A stretch of DNA of 32,000 nucleotides. Origin: an uncultured Candidatus Bathyarchaeia archaeon (GTDB lineage Archaea; Thermoproteota; Bathyarchaeia; Bathyarchaeales; Bathycorpusculaceae). The stretch lies in contig CAYWII010000004.1 of NCBI GenBank assembly GCA_964457175.1, forward strand, positions 48,735-80,734. The letters run 5' to 3'. Shown one piece after another: positions 15,790 to 24,300 of the stretch. How positions within the stretch are numbered: position 1 is the first letter of the stretch; every line of letters begins with the position of its first letter. Under the pieces are notes generated by a model. That model saw only the letters and a list, made by a program, of their open reading frames with translations, made no database searches and had not been told where the DNA came from. Position numbers and translations under genes: made by a program.

Positions 15790-16455
15790 ATGAGTCTGAT
15801 ACCCGACGAGCATAAGGAGCATCTCAAAGAGGAACTTAATGGGAAACTGGAGAATTCAGTAAAAATTGTAATGTTTACTCAAGCGGTTGAATGCCAGTTT
15901 TGCTTGCAGACGCGGCAACTAATTAACGAGGTTGCAGCCTTAAATGATAAGATTAAAGTTGAAATTTACGATTTTGTTGCAGACGCGGAGAAGGCTAAAC
16001 AATACGGCGTTGATAAGGTTCCAGCGTTAATCGTTATGGGCGAAAAAGATTATGGAATAAGGTTTTACGGGTTACCGTTCGGCTATGAACTGCAGACACT
16101 TCTGGAAGCCGTAATAAACGTTTCAAGAAGAAGAACAGACCTATCCGAAGAAACAAAAAACAAGCTTAGAGAAATCAAAACGCCAGTTCATATTCAAGTT
16201 TTTGTAACCTTAACATGCCCTTACTGCCCAATAGTTGCAAGCATCGCGCACAAGTTTGCAATCGAAAACGACCTGATAAAGACTGACGTGATTGATTCTG
16301 GCGAATTTCCTCAGCTAGCTCTCAAATATGGAGTCATGGGCGTTCCAAAAACAGTCATAAATGAGAAAGTGGATTTCATGGGACCTGTTCCTGAGGAACT
16401 TTTCGTACAACACGTGTTGTTTGCTTCCGGGCAAGCTCCAGAGTATATACGATAG
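15790..16455 (+). CDS. Protein disulfide oxidoreductase (archaeal PDO; two thioredoxin folds)
   Basis: 221 aa with two CxxC sites (CQFC and CPYC). Length and layout resemble Pyrococcus PDO. Confidence 0.85.
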   Translation: MSLIPDEHKEHLKEELNGKLENSVKIVMFTQAVECQFCLQTRQLINEVAALNDKIKVEIYDFVADAEKAKQYGVDKVPALIVMGEKDYGIRFYGLPFGYELQTLLEAVINVSRRRTDLSEETKNKLREIKTPVHIQVFVTLTCPYCPIVASIAHKFAIENDLIKTDVIDSGEFPQLALKYGVMGVPKTVINEKVDFMGPVPEELFVQHVLFASGQAPEYIR

Positions 16456-16641
16456 TCTTTCAATTACATTTGAAGAAGACACAGTTCATGTAAGAAAAGA
16501 CAAATAGAATTGACGATAGATTCAACTTGAAATAAGAGTCTTGGAGTTTACTCTTCGAGTTTAAAGTTCAGCGCAAGCAGACCCGTTTAGCAAAATCAAT
16601 TAAAGCAACCGTAGTAAGTAGCGAATTGAAAGTGACTCGGA

Positions 16642-17445
16642 TTGAACAAAACCAGCAAAGAAGAAATGTTATCACTCGTTTTCATTTACAGTGGAGAATT
16701 CGCGGAGCGAGTCATAAGAAACTTGATCAATGACCCCAGTTTCTGCAAGTCCTGCGGTCTATACTGTGACTCATGCAAATACAATGTTTACAGCTACGTT
16801 CGAAACATTCGAGCCGCGATGCAGCTGCCAAGTCCATCCGAGCTTCCGGCTTTTGTCGATAATCCAGAAAAGTACATGCCTAAAATCATGCCGAAGGCTG
16901 ACCTGTGCATAACCTCGGGACTTCATAAAGACTTGTTGTTGGAACTGCCGCATCACTTGCAAAAAGTTGGAATAAAAGGATTAATTGTGCCGATTGAAGA
17001 TTTTTCTGAAGTGCCATCTGGCTTGAGGAAGCAAACAGAAGAGAAATGTCAAGAACTGGGGTTGGAAAATGCGTTTCCGAAACCCTTCTGTTCGCTTGAA
17101 CCAACAAAGGACAAACCAGTAATTTCAAGATTTGTGAATGAACTCAAAATTGGAAGGCCTTCTTTAGAAATTCAGATTGCGAAAAGGGGCAAACATGAAA
17201 TCATAGAGTCTGTGATTGTTAGACGAAGTGCTCCATGCGGCTCCACATGGTACGTCGCAAGAAAACTCCCAAGAGTTGAAATAGAAAAAGAAGTTCTTTA
17301 TGATGCGATAGCAAAAGCCCACCACAGCTATCCATGCACGGCAACAATGAATGTAGATCCAGAAGCTAAAGAGCCTATTCTTCACATGGGAGGCTACATA
17401 ATACGGGAAGAAGTCGAGAAGGCGTTGAAGCAAGCTTCGATGTAA
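16642..17445 (+). CDS. Conserved hypothetical Cys-motif protein (possibly DUF166 family)
   Basis: 267-aa ORF. The likely start is ATG 16666 (MLSLVFIYSGEF). CKSCGLYCDSCKY motif. The family name is a tentative recollection. Confidence 0.45.
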   Translation: MNKTSKEEMLSLVFIYSGEFAERVIRNLINDPSFCKSCGLYCDSCKYNVYSYVRNIRAAMQLPSPSELPAFVDNPEKYMPKIMPKADLCITSGLHKDLLLELPHHLQKVGIKGLIVPIEDFSEVPSGLRKQTEEKCQELGLENAFPKPFCSLEPTKDKPVISRFVNELKIGRPSLEIQIAKRGKHEIIESVIVRRSAPCGSTWYVARKLPRVEIEKEVLYDAIAKAHHSYPCTATMNVDPEAKEPILHMGGYIIREEVEKALKQASM

Positions 17446-17459
17446 ATGTTGGTTTATTG

Positions 17460-17753
17460 TTACTCCAATCTTTTTATTATGTGGTATCCAAACTTTGTTT
17501 TCACTATAGGCGAGATTTCTCCCTTGTTAAGTTTAAAAGCAGTGTTTTCGAATTCTTTGACCATTTTCCCTCTACCGAAGGTTCCGAGGTCTCCGCCGCG
17601 CTTTCCAGAGGGACATAATGAAACTTCTCTTGCTATGTTGGCAAATTTTTCGCCTTTGCTTAGGCGTTCCATTGCCGCTTTGGCTTCTTGCTCTGTTCTA
17701 ACGAGAATGTGTGCACAATGAACTTTGTCTGGCATGACAAATATTTTCTTCAT
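17460..17753 (-). CDS. Parvulin-type peptidyl-prolyl cis-trans isomerase (PinA/PpiC-like)
   Basis: 97 aa. CAHILV...GGDLGTFGRGKMVKEFENTAF...FGYHIIKR is the single-domain parvulin signature. Confidence 0.88.
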   Translation of the reverse strand: MKKIFVMPDKVHCAHILVRTEQEAKAAMERLSKGEKFANIAREVSLCPSGKRGGDLGTFGRGKMVKEFENTAFKLNKGEISPIVKTKFGYHIIKRLE

Positions 17754-17817
17754 TTAGTTTATAATGTTTAACCTTTTTTGCAATATTTTTAAATGGTGCT
17801 GACGCGTTAGGCTTTTT

Positions 17818-18228
17818 ATGCATGAGTGGGCTTTGGCTGAAGCAGTGATTGCTGCAGCTTCTGAGATTGCTGAAAAAGAAGGGTTACAGACAGTTCGGGA
17901 AGTCATGATAAAGGTTGGGGAACTGCAACAGTTGGAACTTGACATATTTGAATTCGCCTTGGCACAGCTTAAACCAGCCAAATTCAAAAATGCAAAGTTC
18001 AAAGTAGAAATTGCGAAAGCTGAGCTTAAATGCAGAGTCTGCGGGCACGAATGGTTTTTCAAAAAGAAAGAACTGAATGAGAATGCTTCGGAAGCCATTC
18101 ATTTTATTCCAGAAATCGCTCATACATACATTAAATGTCCAAAATGCGGAAGCCCCGATTTCGAGATGCTGCAAGGACGCGGTGTCTGGCTTGAAAGCAT
18201 AAAAGGAGTGAAAAAGAGCGATGATTGA
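17818..18228 (+). CDS. hypA: Hydrogenase nickel-insertion protein HypA
   Basis: 136 aa. N-terminal MHEW (the MHE Ni-binding motif) and two CxxC zinc knuckles (CRVCG, CPKCG). Confidence 0.88.
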   Translation: MHEWALAEAVIAAASEIAEKEGLQTVREVMIKVGELQQLELDIFEFALAQLKPAKFKNAKFKVEIAKAELKCRVCGHEWFFKKKELNENASEAIHFIPEIAHTYIKCPKCGSPDFEMLQGRGVWLESIKGVKKSDD

Positions 18229-18994
18229 CCCGCGCACAAGCATCATAGACGAGAGGATGCGTGGAATAGGCAATATAATAGCGGTTTCAAGCGGTAAGGG
18301 AGGCGTGGGCAAAAGTCTTGTGGCGTCGACGCTTGCGTTGATTTTGGCGAAGAAAGGCTACAAGGTTGGATTGTTTGACTTAGACTTCACAAGTCCCTCA
18401 ACACATCTGATTTTGGGTATTGAAGGCGTGCAGCCGAAGGAAGAGAAAGGCATTGTTCCGCCAATTGTTCACGGCTTAAAGTACATGTCAATAATTTATT
18501 ATTCGGGCGAACGTGCTGCTCCATTGCGCGGTGCGGACGTTTCAAACGCTTTGATAGAATTGCTTTCAATCACGAAATGGGAAAAGCTGGATTTCCTCGT
18601 AGTAGACATGCCGCCAGGAATAGGTGACGCAACACTCGACCTTATCCGTTTGATTCGAGGCATCAATTTTCTTATTGTGACGACGCCTTCACAACTTGCC
18701 TTCGAAACAGTTCGAAAACTCGTAGGCTTACTTAAGGAACTGAAAATCCCCGTGATAGGCGTTATTGAAAACATGAAAATGGGCAATTCAAACACTATTC
18801 AAAAGCAAACCCAAACGTTAGGTGTAAGGTTTCTCAGCGAAATTTCATACGACCCAAAAGTTGAAGAAGCTATAGGCAACATAGATAAACTCCTAAACAC
18901 GAAACTCGCCCAAAAAGTGAGAGAAATAGCTAATTCCATGTCAACTGAGATCAATAGTAACGTAAAAACCCAGAGAATGCCTTTTAGTCCGTAA
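18221..18994 (+). CDS. Mrp/MinD-family P-loop ATPase, Cys-free (archaeal HypB-type candidate)
   Basis: 257 aa with deviant Walker A SSGKGGVGKS and DMPPG. There are no Cys residues, so it lacks the Mrp/Nbp35 CxxC Fe-S scaffold motif. An 8-nt overlap with hypA suggests translational coupling. Confidence 0.75.
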   Translation: MIDPRTSIIDERMRGIGNIIAVSSGKGGVGKSLVASTLALILAKKGYKVGLFDLDFTSPSTHLILGIEGVQPKEEKGIVPPIVHGLKYMSIIYYSGERAAPLRGADVSNALIELLSITKWEKLDFLVVDMPPGIGDATLDLIRLIRGINFLIVTTPSQLAFETVRKLVGLLKELKIPVIGVIENMKMGNSNTIQKQTQTLGVRFLSEISYDPKVEEAIGNIDKLLNTKLAQKVREIANSMSTEINSNVKTQRMPFSP

Positions 18995-19144
18995 AACTTC
19001 AAAATGAGTAATGTTACATCAAAGGTGAAAGTAAAGTTCAATTTACATATAGAAGGGTTAACTCATAATAGAGTACATCAAAATCAGGACGTCCAATGAA
19101 ATTGCCGCAGACAACTCCAAAAATCACGCGTTTCTAAAGTATTC

Positions 19145-19624
19145 CTATTTTGATTTGTACCTTTCAAGGTAGGTTTCTGGTTTTGGAAAAACATCATTGA
19201 TTCTTTCAAAACGTTTTCTTGTACAAATGTCATGTTGAAGTGTTATAAAATTCTTTGGTTTGCTGAAGCGTTCAGTTTGTCCATTTTGCCTTTTTCTCAT
19301 AATTCTTATGCAATCGTCAACTATACAGTTTAAGACACATGCACCACAGTAGATGCATAAATCTTCTGTTATTCCGACTTCTCCAGTTTTCCAGAAAAGA
19401 GCGTTTGTTGGGCAAGCTTTTATGCAGAGTTTGCACTCAACGCCTTTGCACGTTCGCTTGTTAATAGTTATGCTTCCTTTGACAAAGAACTCTTTTACGC
19501 CCAGCGGCGCCAGAAGCTCCTCTCTTCTCTTCTTTTTGTCTTTTTCAGCCGTTTCCGTTAGAATTTGGAATATGTTTACGCTTGGGGGCTTGCTGGGCTT
19601 TCTTTTCTTGGGCATTTCTTTCAT
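19145..19624 (-). CDS. 2x[4Fe-4S] ferredoxin-domain protein with a basic N-terminal extension
   Basis: 159 aa with CKGVECKLCIKACP and CIYCGACVLNC motifs. Lys/Arg-rich N-terminus. Transcribed divergently from the CooT-like gene. Confidence 0.7.
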   Translation of the reverse strand: MKEMPKKRKPSKPPSVNIFQILTETAEKDKKKRREELLAPLGVKEFFVKGSITINKRTCKGVECKLCIKACPTNALFWKTGEVGITEDLCIYCGACVLNCIVDDCIRIMRKRQNGQTERFSKPKNFITLQHDICTRKRFERINDVFPKPETYLERYKSK

Positions 19625-19761
19625 CTTGTAACATTTTAAAGGAATATTAAAACTATAATGTTCGTGAATTAATACTACTTATCTCAAATACGCAAATAAA
19701 AGCGGTTTCGAAGGGAGGTTTATAACTGAGCATGTTTTATCTGTTGTTGGGTGCGATGTGA

Positions 19762-19941
19762 ATGTGCGAATTTACTGTTATACTCAACGGAAAAGCAGTG
19801 TTCAAGGAAGTTGTTTACGCAAAAGTGGAAGGTAATAACGTTCTCGTTAAGAGTGTACTTGGAGAATCTAAAGAATTCAAGAACTGCAAAATAACAGAGG
19901 TTGATGTGAACTCCACGCGGATGTTGCTGTCAAGCATTTAG
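19762..19941 (+). CDS. cooT: CooT-like small nickel-binding protein (59 aa), below the ORF-track cut-off
   Basis: MCEFTVILNGKAVFKEVVYAKVEGNNVLVKSVLGESKEFKNCKITEVDVNSTRMLLSSI. The N-terminal Met-Cys-Glu, a length of about 60 aa and the beta-strand pattern match the CooT family (formerly called 'predicted RNA-binding'). Confidence 0.65.
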   Translation: MCEFTVILNGKAVFKEVVYAKVEGNNVLVKSVLGESKEFKNCKITEVDVNSTRMLLSSI

Positions 19942-19996
19942 AGGAAAGGAAACGTATCACTGCTTCTTTAAACAATGGATTAACTGCTGCAATTTC

Positions 19997-21541
19997 CTAC
20001 ATCGCTATGCTTACACTAAAAACCATCACGTCTGTAGCGTTCGTGTTTCCTGCATCGTCGAAGAAATAGATTCTCCATGCAACGACGGCAGAGGTAATCG
20101 TATTATTACTCCAGACAAACTTTGCAGCAACCCAAACATTCGGAAGATAAGGGAAACTCTTCGGTTCTCTCAATGGATATTGCACATATTCCACCCCATG
20201 TTCCGAGACGCTCTGATGCAGTTCGTTTGAACAAAACATACGCCAATCACCAGCACCAGGTCCTATCCTGAAAGCGTAAAGTGCAAAGTCATTCGTGATA
20301 AACACGCTGCCGTTCCCGATGCTTGGGCTTCCAAAACCATATCCCTCTAAATCGTAGGACCAAAGAATGCTTCCATCCGCTTCATCTATCACGTAAAAAG
20401 TTCCGTTTAATGCTTGATAATAAATTGCTCCGCCAGACGCAGCTGGACTGCAGTAGCTGTAATCTTGTAGAGTTCCATCGTGGAGTCCTACTGTATGCCA
20501 CAATTCAGCTCCCGTCACCAAGTCAAAAGCCCAAATTCTCCAGTCGTTACTTGGGATGAATATTTTGTCTTCGTACAATAAAGGTGTACTGCAGCTTCCC
20601 TTTCCCTGAAATTTCCGTATGAGTGCTCCACTAGTCTCGTTTAGCACATGAGTAGACCACACTCCAGCCGTGTTGCGCGTAACTTGAACAATCATTCCCT
20701 CATGGATTATAGGCGAGGAATCCCATGAAGCCCCATAGTTTACATGCCATATCACCCCTCCAGTTGTTGCGTTGAAGGCGTATTGGCCCGCAGGATTGTG
20801 GGTTGAAACGAAAACCCTTCCATTGTGGTATGCAACAGAACAGACTATTTCTCCGATGTCTTGCTGCCAGATAGGAGTTCCACTCGTTTTGTTTAGAGCA
20901 TAAACTCCGGAGCCATACGTTGTAAAGTACACGTAATCGCCATGGACAACTGGTGAGCCAACCCATGTTGAGTTATGTGGCTCGATAAACTCCCACACTA
21001 CTTCACCATTAGTTTTGTTCAACGCAATAGCCCTTGGAAATGGTGTAGGTTCGTTGTAAGGACCCATACATTCACCAACATAGATAACATCACCGTCTAT
21101 GTATGGGGAAGCATCACATTGTCTGACTGCAGTTTTCCACATGACATCACCAGTTGATGCATTTATCGCGTAAACGTTATTGTCTCCCTTCGAAGGTGCA
21201 TAAAGCACTCCATCCTCATACGTCGCTGTGCCAAAGTTGTCAAAACCAAAAACAGCCTTCTGTCTCCAAATGAACGCGTATTCTGTCTCGTTTCTCCAAA
21301 CTCCAGTTTCATTTGTTGAAAGAACAGCTTTGCGAAGCAAAATATTATCCATACCCTCTGCTTGAAGAGAAACGTGTTCACCTTGCAGAATCCATGAAGC
21401 ACTCTGCATCTGATTCCTCCACAGTGGAGCAACATCGTCAGCAACAAAATAATAATGACTAATGAAAAAGTATAAGGCAATAGATGACACAGTCACAATA
21501 CACAAGACAAGCAGCAATTTTTTAACATAGCTTTTTAACAT
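19997..21541 (-). CDS. PQQ-like beta-propeller repeat surface protein with an N-terminal membrane anchor
   Basis: 514 aa with N-terminal TM LLLVLCIVTVSSIALYFFI. Repeated G.VYA.N..TG...W blades (YAINASTGDVMW, IALNKTNGEVVW, YALNKTSGTPIW, YAFNATTGGVIW, WAFDLVTGAELW, YVIDEADGSILW). Many N-x-S/T sequons. Confidence 0.75.
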   Translation of the reverse strand: MLKSYVKKLLLVLCIVTVSSIALYFFISHYYFVADDVAPLWRNQMQSASWILQGEHVSLQAEGMDNILLRKAVLSTNETGVWRNETEYAFIWRQKAVFGFDNFGTATYEDGVLYAPSKGDNNVYAINASTGDVMWKTAVRQCDASPYIDGDVIYVGECMGPYNEPTPFPRAIALNKTNGEVVWEFIEPHNSTWVGSPVVHGDYVYFTTYGSGVYALNKTSGTPIWQQDIGEIVCSVAYHNGRVFVSTHNPAGQYAFNATTGGVIWHVNYGASWDSSPIIHEGMIVQVTRNTAGVWSTHVLNETSGALIRKFQGKGSCSTPLLYEDKIFIPSNDWRIWAFDLVTGAELWHTVGLHDGTLQDYSYCSPAASGGAIYYQALNGTFYVIDEADGSILWSYDLEGYGFGSPSIGNGSVFITNDFALYAFRIGPGAGDWRMFCSNELHQSVSEHGVEYVQYPLREPKSFPYLPNVWVAAKFVWSNNTITSAVVAWRIYFFDDAGNTNATDVMVFSVSIAM

Positions 21542-21606
21542 ATTTTCCTCACACTACACGCTAATAATTAATCATCTTTGCCAACTTATGTCTTTAATCA
21601 TTTTTG

Positions 21607-22425
21607 TCAAAGAAAAAATGAAACAATTAAAGGTATCAAGCCTAACGCTGTTGGAAAAGGCAACCCAGGAAACATTCCCTTCTTCTCTAACATCTTAAAA
21701 GCAAGAAAAACACCTATCAATACGCCCATTACTGAAGCCAAACAGAAAAGCGGACCTGAACCAAAAAGTACTCGACTAATCATCATTGAATAAAATGTCA
21801 AATCACCCAATCCCATTTGAATATCCATAAAAGAGAAGCTCAAACCCCGAAGCTGTTCAAGCCCACTGTGGGCTATTTTTCCAACAGGTCCATAATAAAC
21901 TGCGAATGCATCATAAATCGCAAGACACCCCAGAATCAATATTGCACTGAAAGTTGGAATTGCAAACCCCAAAAAAGCGCCTAACGCTCCTCCTAAACAG
22001 AGCACAGCAAGATGGCATGCCCTGTTTCGAGCTCGAAAAATCGCAAAATACGCTAATCCTGTTAAGAGCAACGATATTACCAAAACTAACATTTCTGTGT
22101 TTGCAGCAGTAAATCTTGAAAACACTGCAAAAAGATAAACAATTGAAAGCATAAAAACTGCAGTCGTCAAAGCAAAACTTGTAATCAAACTGATTAACCT
22201 GCGATTTTTCCTTTTCAGAAGCATATATAGCACTGACGCCCCAACCCCAACTAGAACAACAAAATATAAAGCGTTTCCAAAAGACCCGATGCCTTCCGGG
22301 AAGGGTGTAATTTCATAAATTTCCATCGAAGATGTTAGAAGCAGAAAGGCACAAAACATTCCGAACAGTAAGCTCGCTAAAATAGGCACTAGATGTATAA
22401 GCTTGACTTTAAACTTCTCGTTCAA
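21607..22425 (-). CDS. Presenilin/signal-peptide-peptidase-family intramembrane aspartyl protease (archaeal PSH-like)
   Basis: 272 aa, polytopic. Catalytic YD (LAIYDAF) and GLGD (GxGD) motifs, plus a C-terminal P(T)AL-like motif. Confidence 0.75.
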   Translation of the reverse strand: MNEKFKVKLIHLVPILASLLFGMFCAFLLLTSSMEIYEITPFPEGIGSFGNALYFVVLVGVGASVLYMLLKRKNRRLISLITSFALTTAVFMLSIVYLFAVFSRFTAANTEMLVLVISLLLTGLAYFAIFRARNRACHLAVLCLGGALGAFLGFAIPTFSAILILGCLAIYDAFAVYYGPVGKIAHSGLEQLRGLSFSFMDIQMGLGDLTFYSMMISRVLFGSGPLFCLASVMGVLIGVFLAFKMLEKKGMFPGLPFPTALGLIPLIVSFFL

Positions 22426-22981
22426 GATGCTTACCCATGTTTTTGATGGTTGCTTCAGCTTTCAAGTAGCATTTATTGCAGAATAAACTTTGTTTCCTAT
22501 CGGTTTCGAATATGGAATTTGAAAAATACATAACACAAAATGGGTTAGAACAATGCCGCAAACCCAACGTGTGCCCAACCTCGTGCACTGCTTCCTTTGT
22601 GCTTCTCTCCACAAAAAGCTCTACGTTTGCAGGTTTGCCATGAAATTCCGGTCTTAACCTCCACAATGATATCAAGGCTGCTTTTCCGGGGGATTCCGCT
22701 TCTCCGAAAACGAAGTTCAGTTGTGGAACGAAGATGTCAACATCCACAATTCCCAAAATTCTCTCCAAGGTTTCTTCTTTCTCAGCGTAAACGCGAATTC
22801 TATTCAAGATAATGTCTGAGCTATATTGGTTTCTTGCCTCATCTAAGGCTTCTTTAGGGATTGAAATCTTCTCATCTATGACCATACATGTTGCTTCTGA
22901 AAAAATCATTTTCAAGTTTCCTTGAACTCTATCCACTATGTAAGAATCCACTTGTCCAATCTGCAGAATCCCAATTTTCAT
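22409..22981 (-). CDS. amzA: Archaemetzincin (peptidase M54)
   Basis: 190 aa. HEVGHTLGLRH (HExxHxxGxxH) followed by C-x4-C ... C-x2-C, a second zinc site. Confidence 0.88.
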   Translation of the reverse strand: MKIGILQIGQVDSYIVDRVQGNLKMIFSEATCMVIDEKISIPKEALDEARNQYSSDIILNRIRVYAEKEETLERILGIVDVDIFVPQLNFVFGEAESPGKAALISLWRLRPEFHGKPANVELFVERSTKEAVHEVGHTLGLRHCSNPFCVMYFSNSIFETDRKQSLFCNKCYLKAEATIKNMGKHLEREV

Positions 22982-22992
22982 AGTTTCACTCG

Positions 22993-24258
22993 TTAAAGCT
23001 TAACTATGTCACCAGTTTTTGGAGCAGAAGCTTCCAATCCTAAATCGTTCCTTATCCATTTTGCAAAAAGCTCACAGTTTCCTTCCGCGCCATGAACCAC
23101 AAAAACCTTCGGGTTTCCCCCAAGCTCTTTAACTGCTTCTTTAAGCTGGCTTGCTCCGCAGTGGGATGAAAAGTCGAAATGTTGAACTCGAGCTTTGACT
23201 TTTCTCATTTTTCCGTCAATTAAGCACACGCCTTTTTCCATTAATTCTTTTCCCGGCGTGCCCGGAATTTGATAACTGACTAGAAAGATTGCATTATGCG
23301 CTTTTTTTCCTATTTTTGAAGTGTAAAATACTGCTGGGCCGCCTTTGAGCATTCCTGCTGGTGAGATTATTGCGCATGGTGTTTTTGTGGCTTTTCGGCG
23401 GTCTCTCCAACCTTCTATCCATTCGACAGTGTGCATTGTGTCGTTGAAGAGTTTGGGGTCTCTGAGGAACTCTTTGTAGTTGAGTATTATGCGGCTTGCT
23501 TCTCGTGCCATTCCGTCCATGAAGATTGGATATTCAAAATGATGCGCTGCTAACACGCATGCGATTTCTTGTGATCTGCCAACGCCGAAGGCTGGTACAA
23601 GAACTGTGCCTCCTCTTTCTACGACATCTGTGGTTTCGCCTACGAAGTTTTTTTCTAGTTCTTTGCGTTCTGTGTGGTCTTCGTTTGCGTAGGTGCTTTC
23701 TATCATTACTGCGTCGAGATCTCCGTATTGCATTTTTGCGCCTTCTAGGAGTTTTGTGTCTGTGGTGTTGAAGTCGCTTGTGTAGAGTATTCGTTTTCCT
23801 TCCGCTTCAACTAGTATTGAGGCGCTTCCTGGGGTGTGTCCGGAGTTTACGAGTTGGAAGTTGATGTCTCCGATTTGTTCTTTTACGTTGTAGTCTATGT
23901 GTTTGTTGTTGCGTGTCATGGTTTTTAGTTCTAGGTATTCGAATGGTAGGTAGTAGCTTGATAGGTGGATGAAGTCTGCGATTAGTATTTGGGTTAGTTC
24001 TAGGTTAAGTTTGTTTGTGTAGAGTGGTTTTTTGTCTTGGATGTAGAATATGGGTACTGCGCCTGAGTGGTCGAGGTGGCTGTGGGTTAGGATTACTGCG
24101 TTGACTTCTTTTGGTGGTATGTGCATTGGGAATCCGGGTTTGTGGTTTAGCATTACGCCGTAGTCGAGTAGGATTTGTGTTTTTTCGGTTTTTACTGTTA
24201 TGGCGATTCTGCCGACTTCGCGGGTTCCACCTAGGAATCCTATTTGTAATGGACTCAT
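22993..24258 (-). CDS. Metallo-beta-lactamase/beta-CASP family ribonuclease (aCPSF2-like, no KH domains)
   Basis: 421 aa. HSHLDHSG (HxHxDH), beta-CASP-like middle region and a C-terminal VVHGE-type motif (VVHGAEG). Confidence 0.8.
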   Translation of the reverse strand: MSPLQIGFLGGTREVGRIAITVKTEKTQILLDYGVMLNHKPGFPMHIPPKEVNAVILTHSHLDHSGAVPIFYIQDKKPLYTNKLNLELTQILIADFIHLSSYYLPFEYLELKTMTRNNKHIDYNVKEQIGDINFQLVNSGHTPGSASILVEAEGKRILYTSDFNTTDTKLLEGAKMQYGDLDAVMIESTYANEDHTERKELEKNFVGETTDVVERGGTVLVPAFGVGRSQEIACVLAAHHFEYPIFMDGMAREASRIILNYKEFLRDPKLFNDTMHTVEWIEGWRDRRKATKTPCAIISPAGMLKGGPAVFYTSKIGKKAHNAIFLVSYQIPGTPGKELMEKGVCLIDGKMRKVKARVQHFDFSSHCGASQLKEAVKELGGNPKVFVVHGAEGNCELFAKWIRNDLGLEASAPKTGDIVKL

Positions 24259-24300
24259 CTGTTTTCTTCCGTTAATGCACTATTGTTGTTGTTTGGTGTT

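Noticed and set aside
16456-16641. 186-bp non-coding gap after the PDO gene, checked for a tRNA or small RNA.
   Set aside because: There is no cloverleaf-compatible stem pattern and no GC-rich stems, only a weak 6-bp hairpin (AAGAGT/ACTCTT). Evidence is insufficient for any RNA call.
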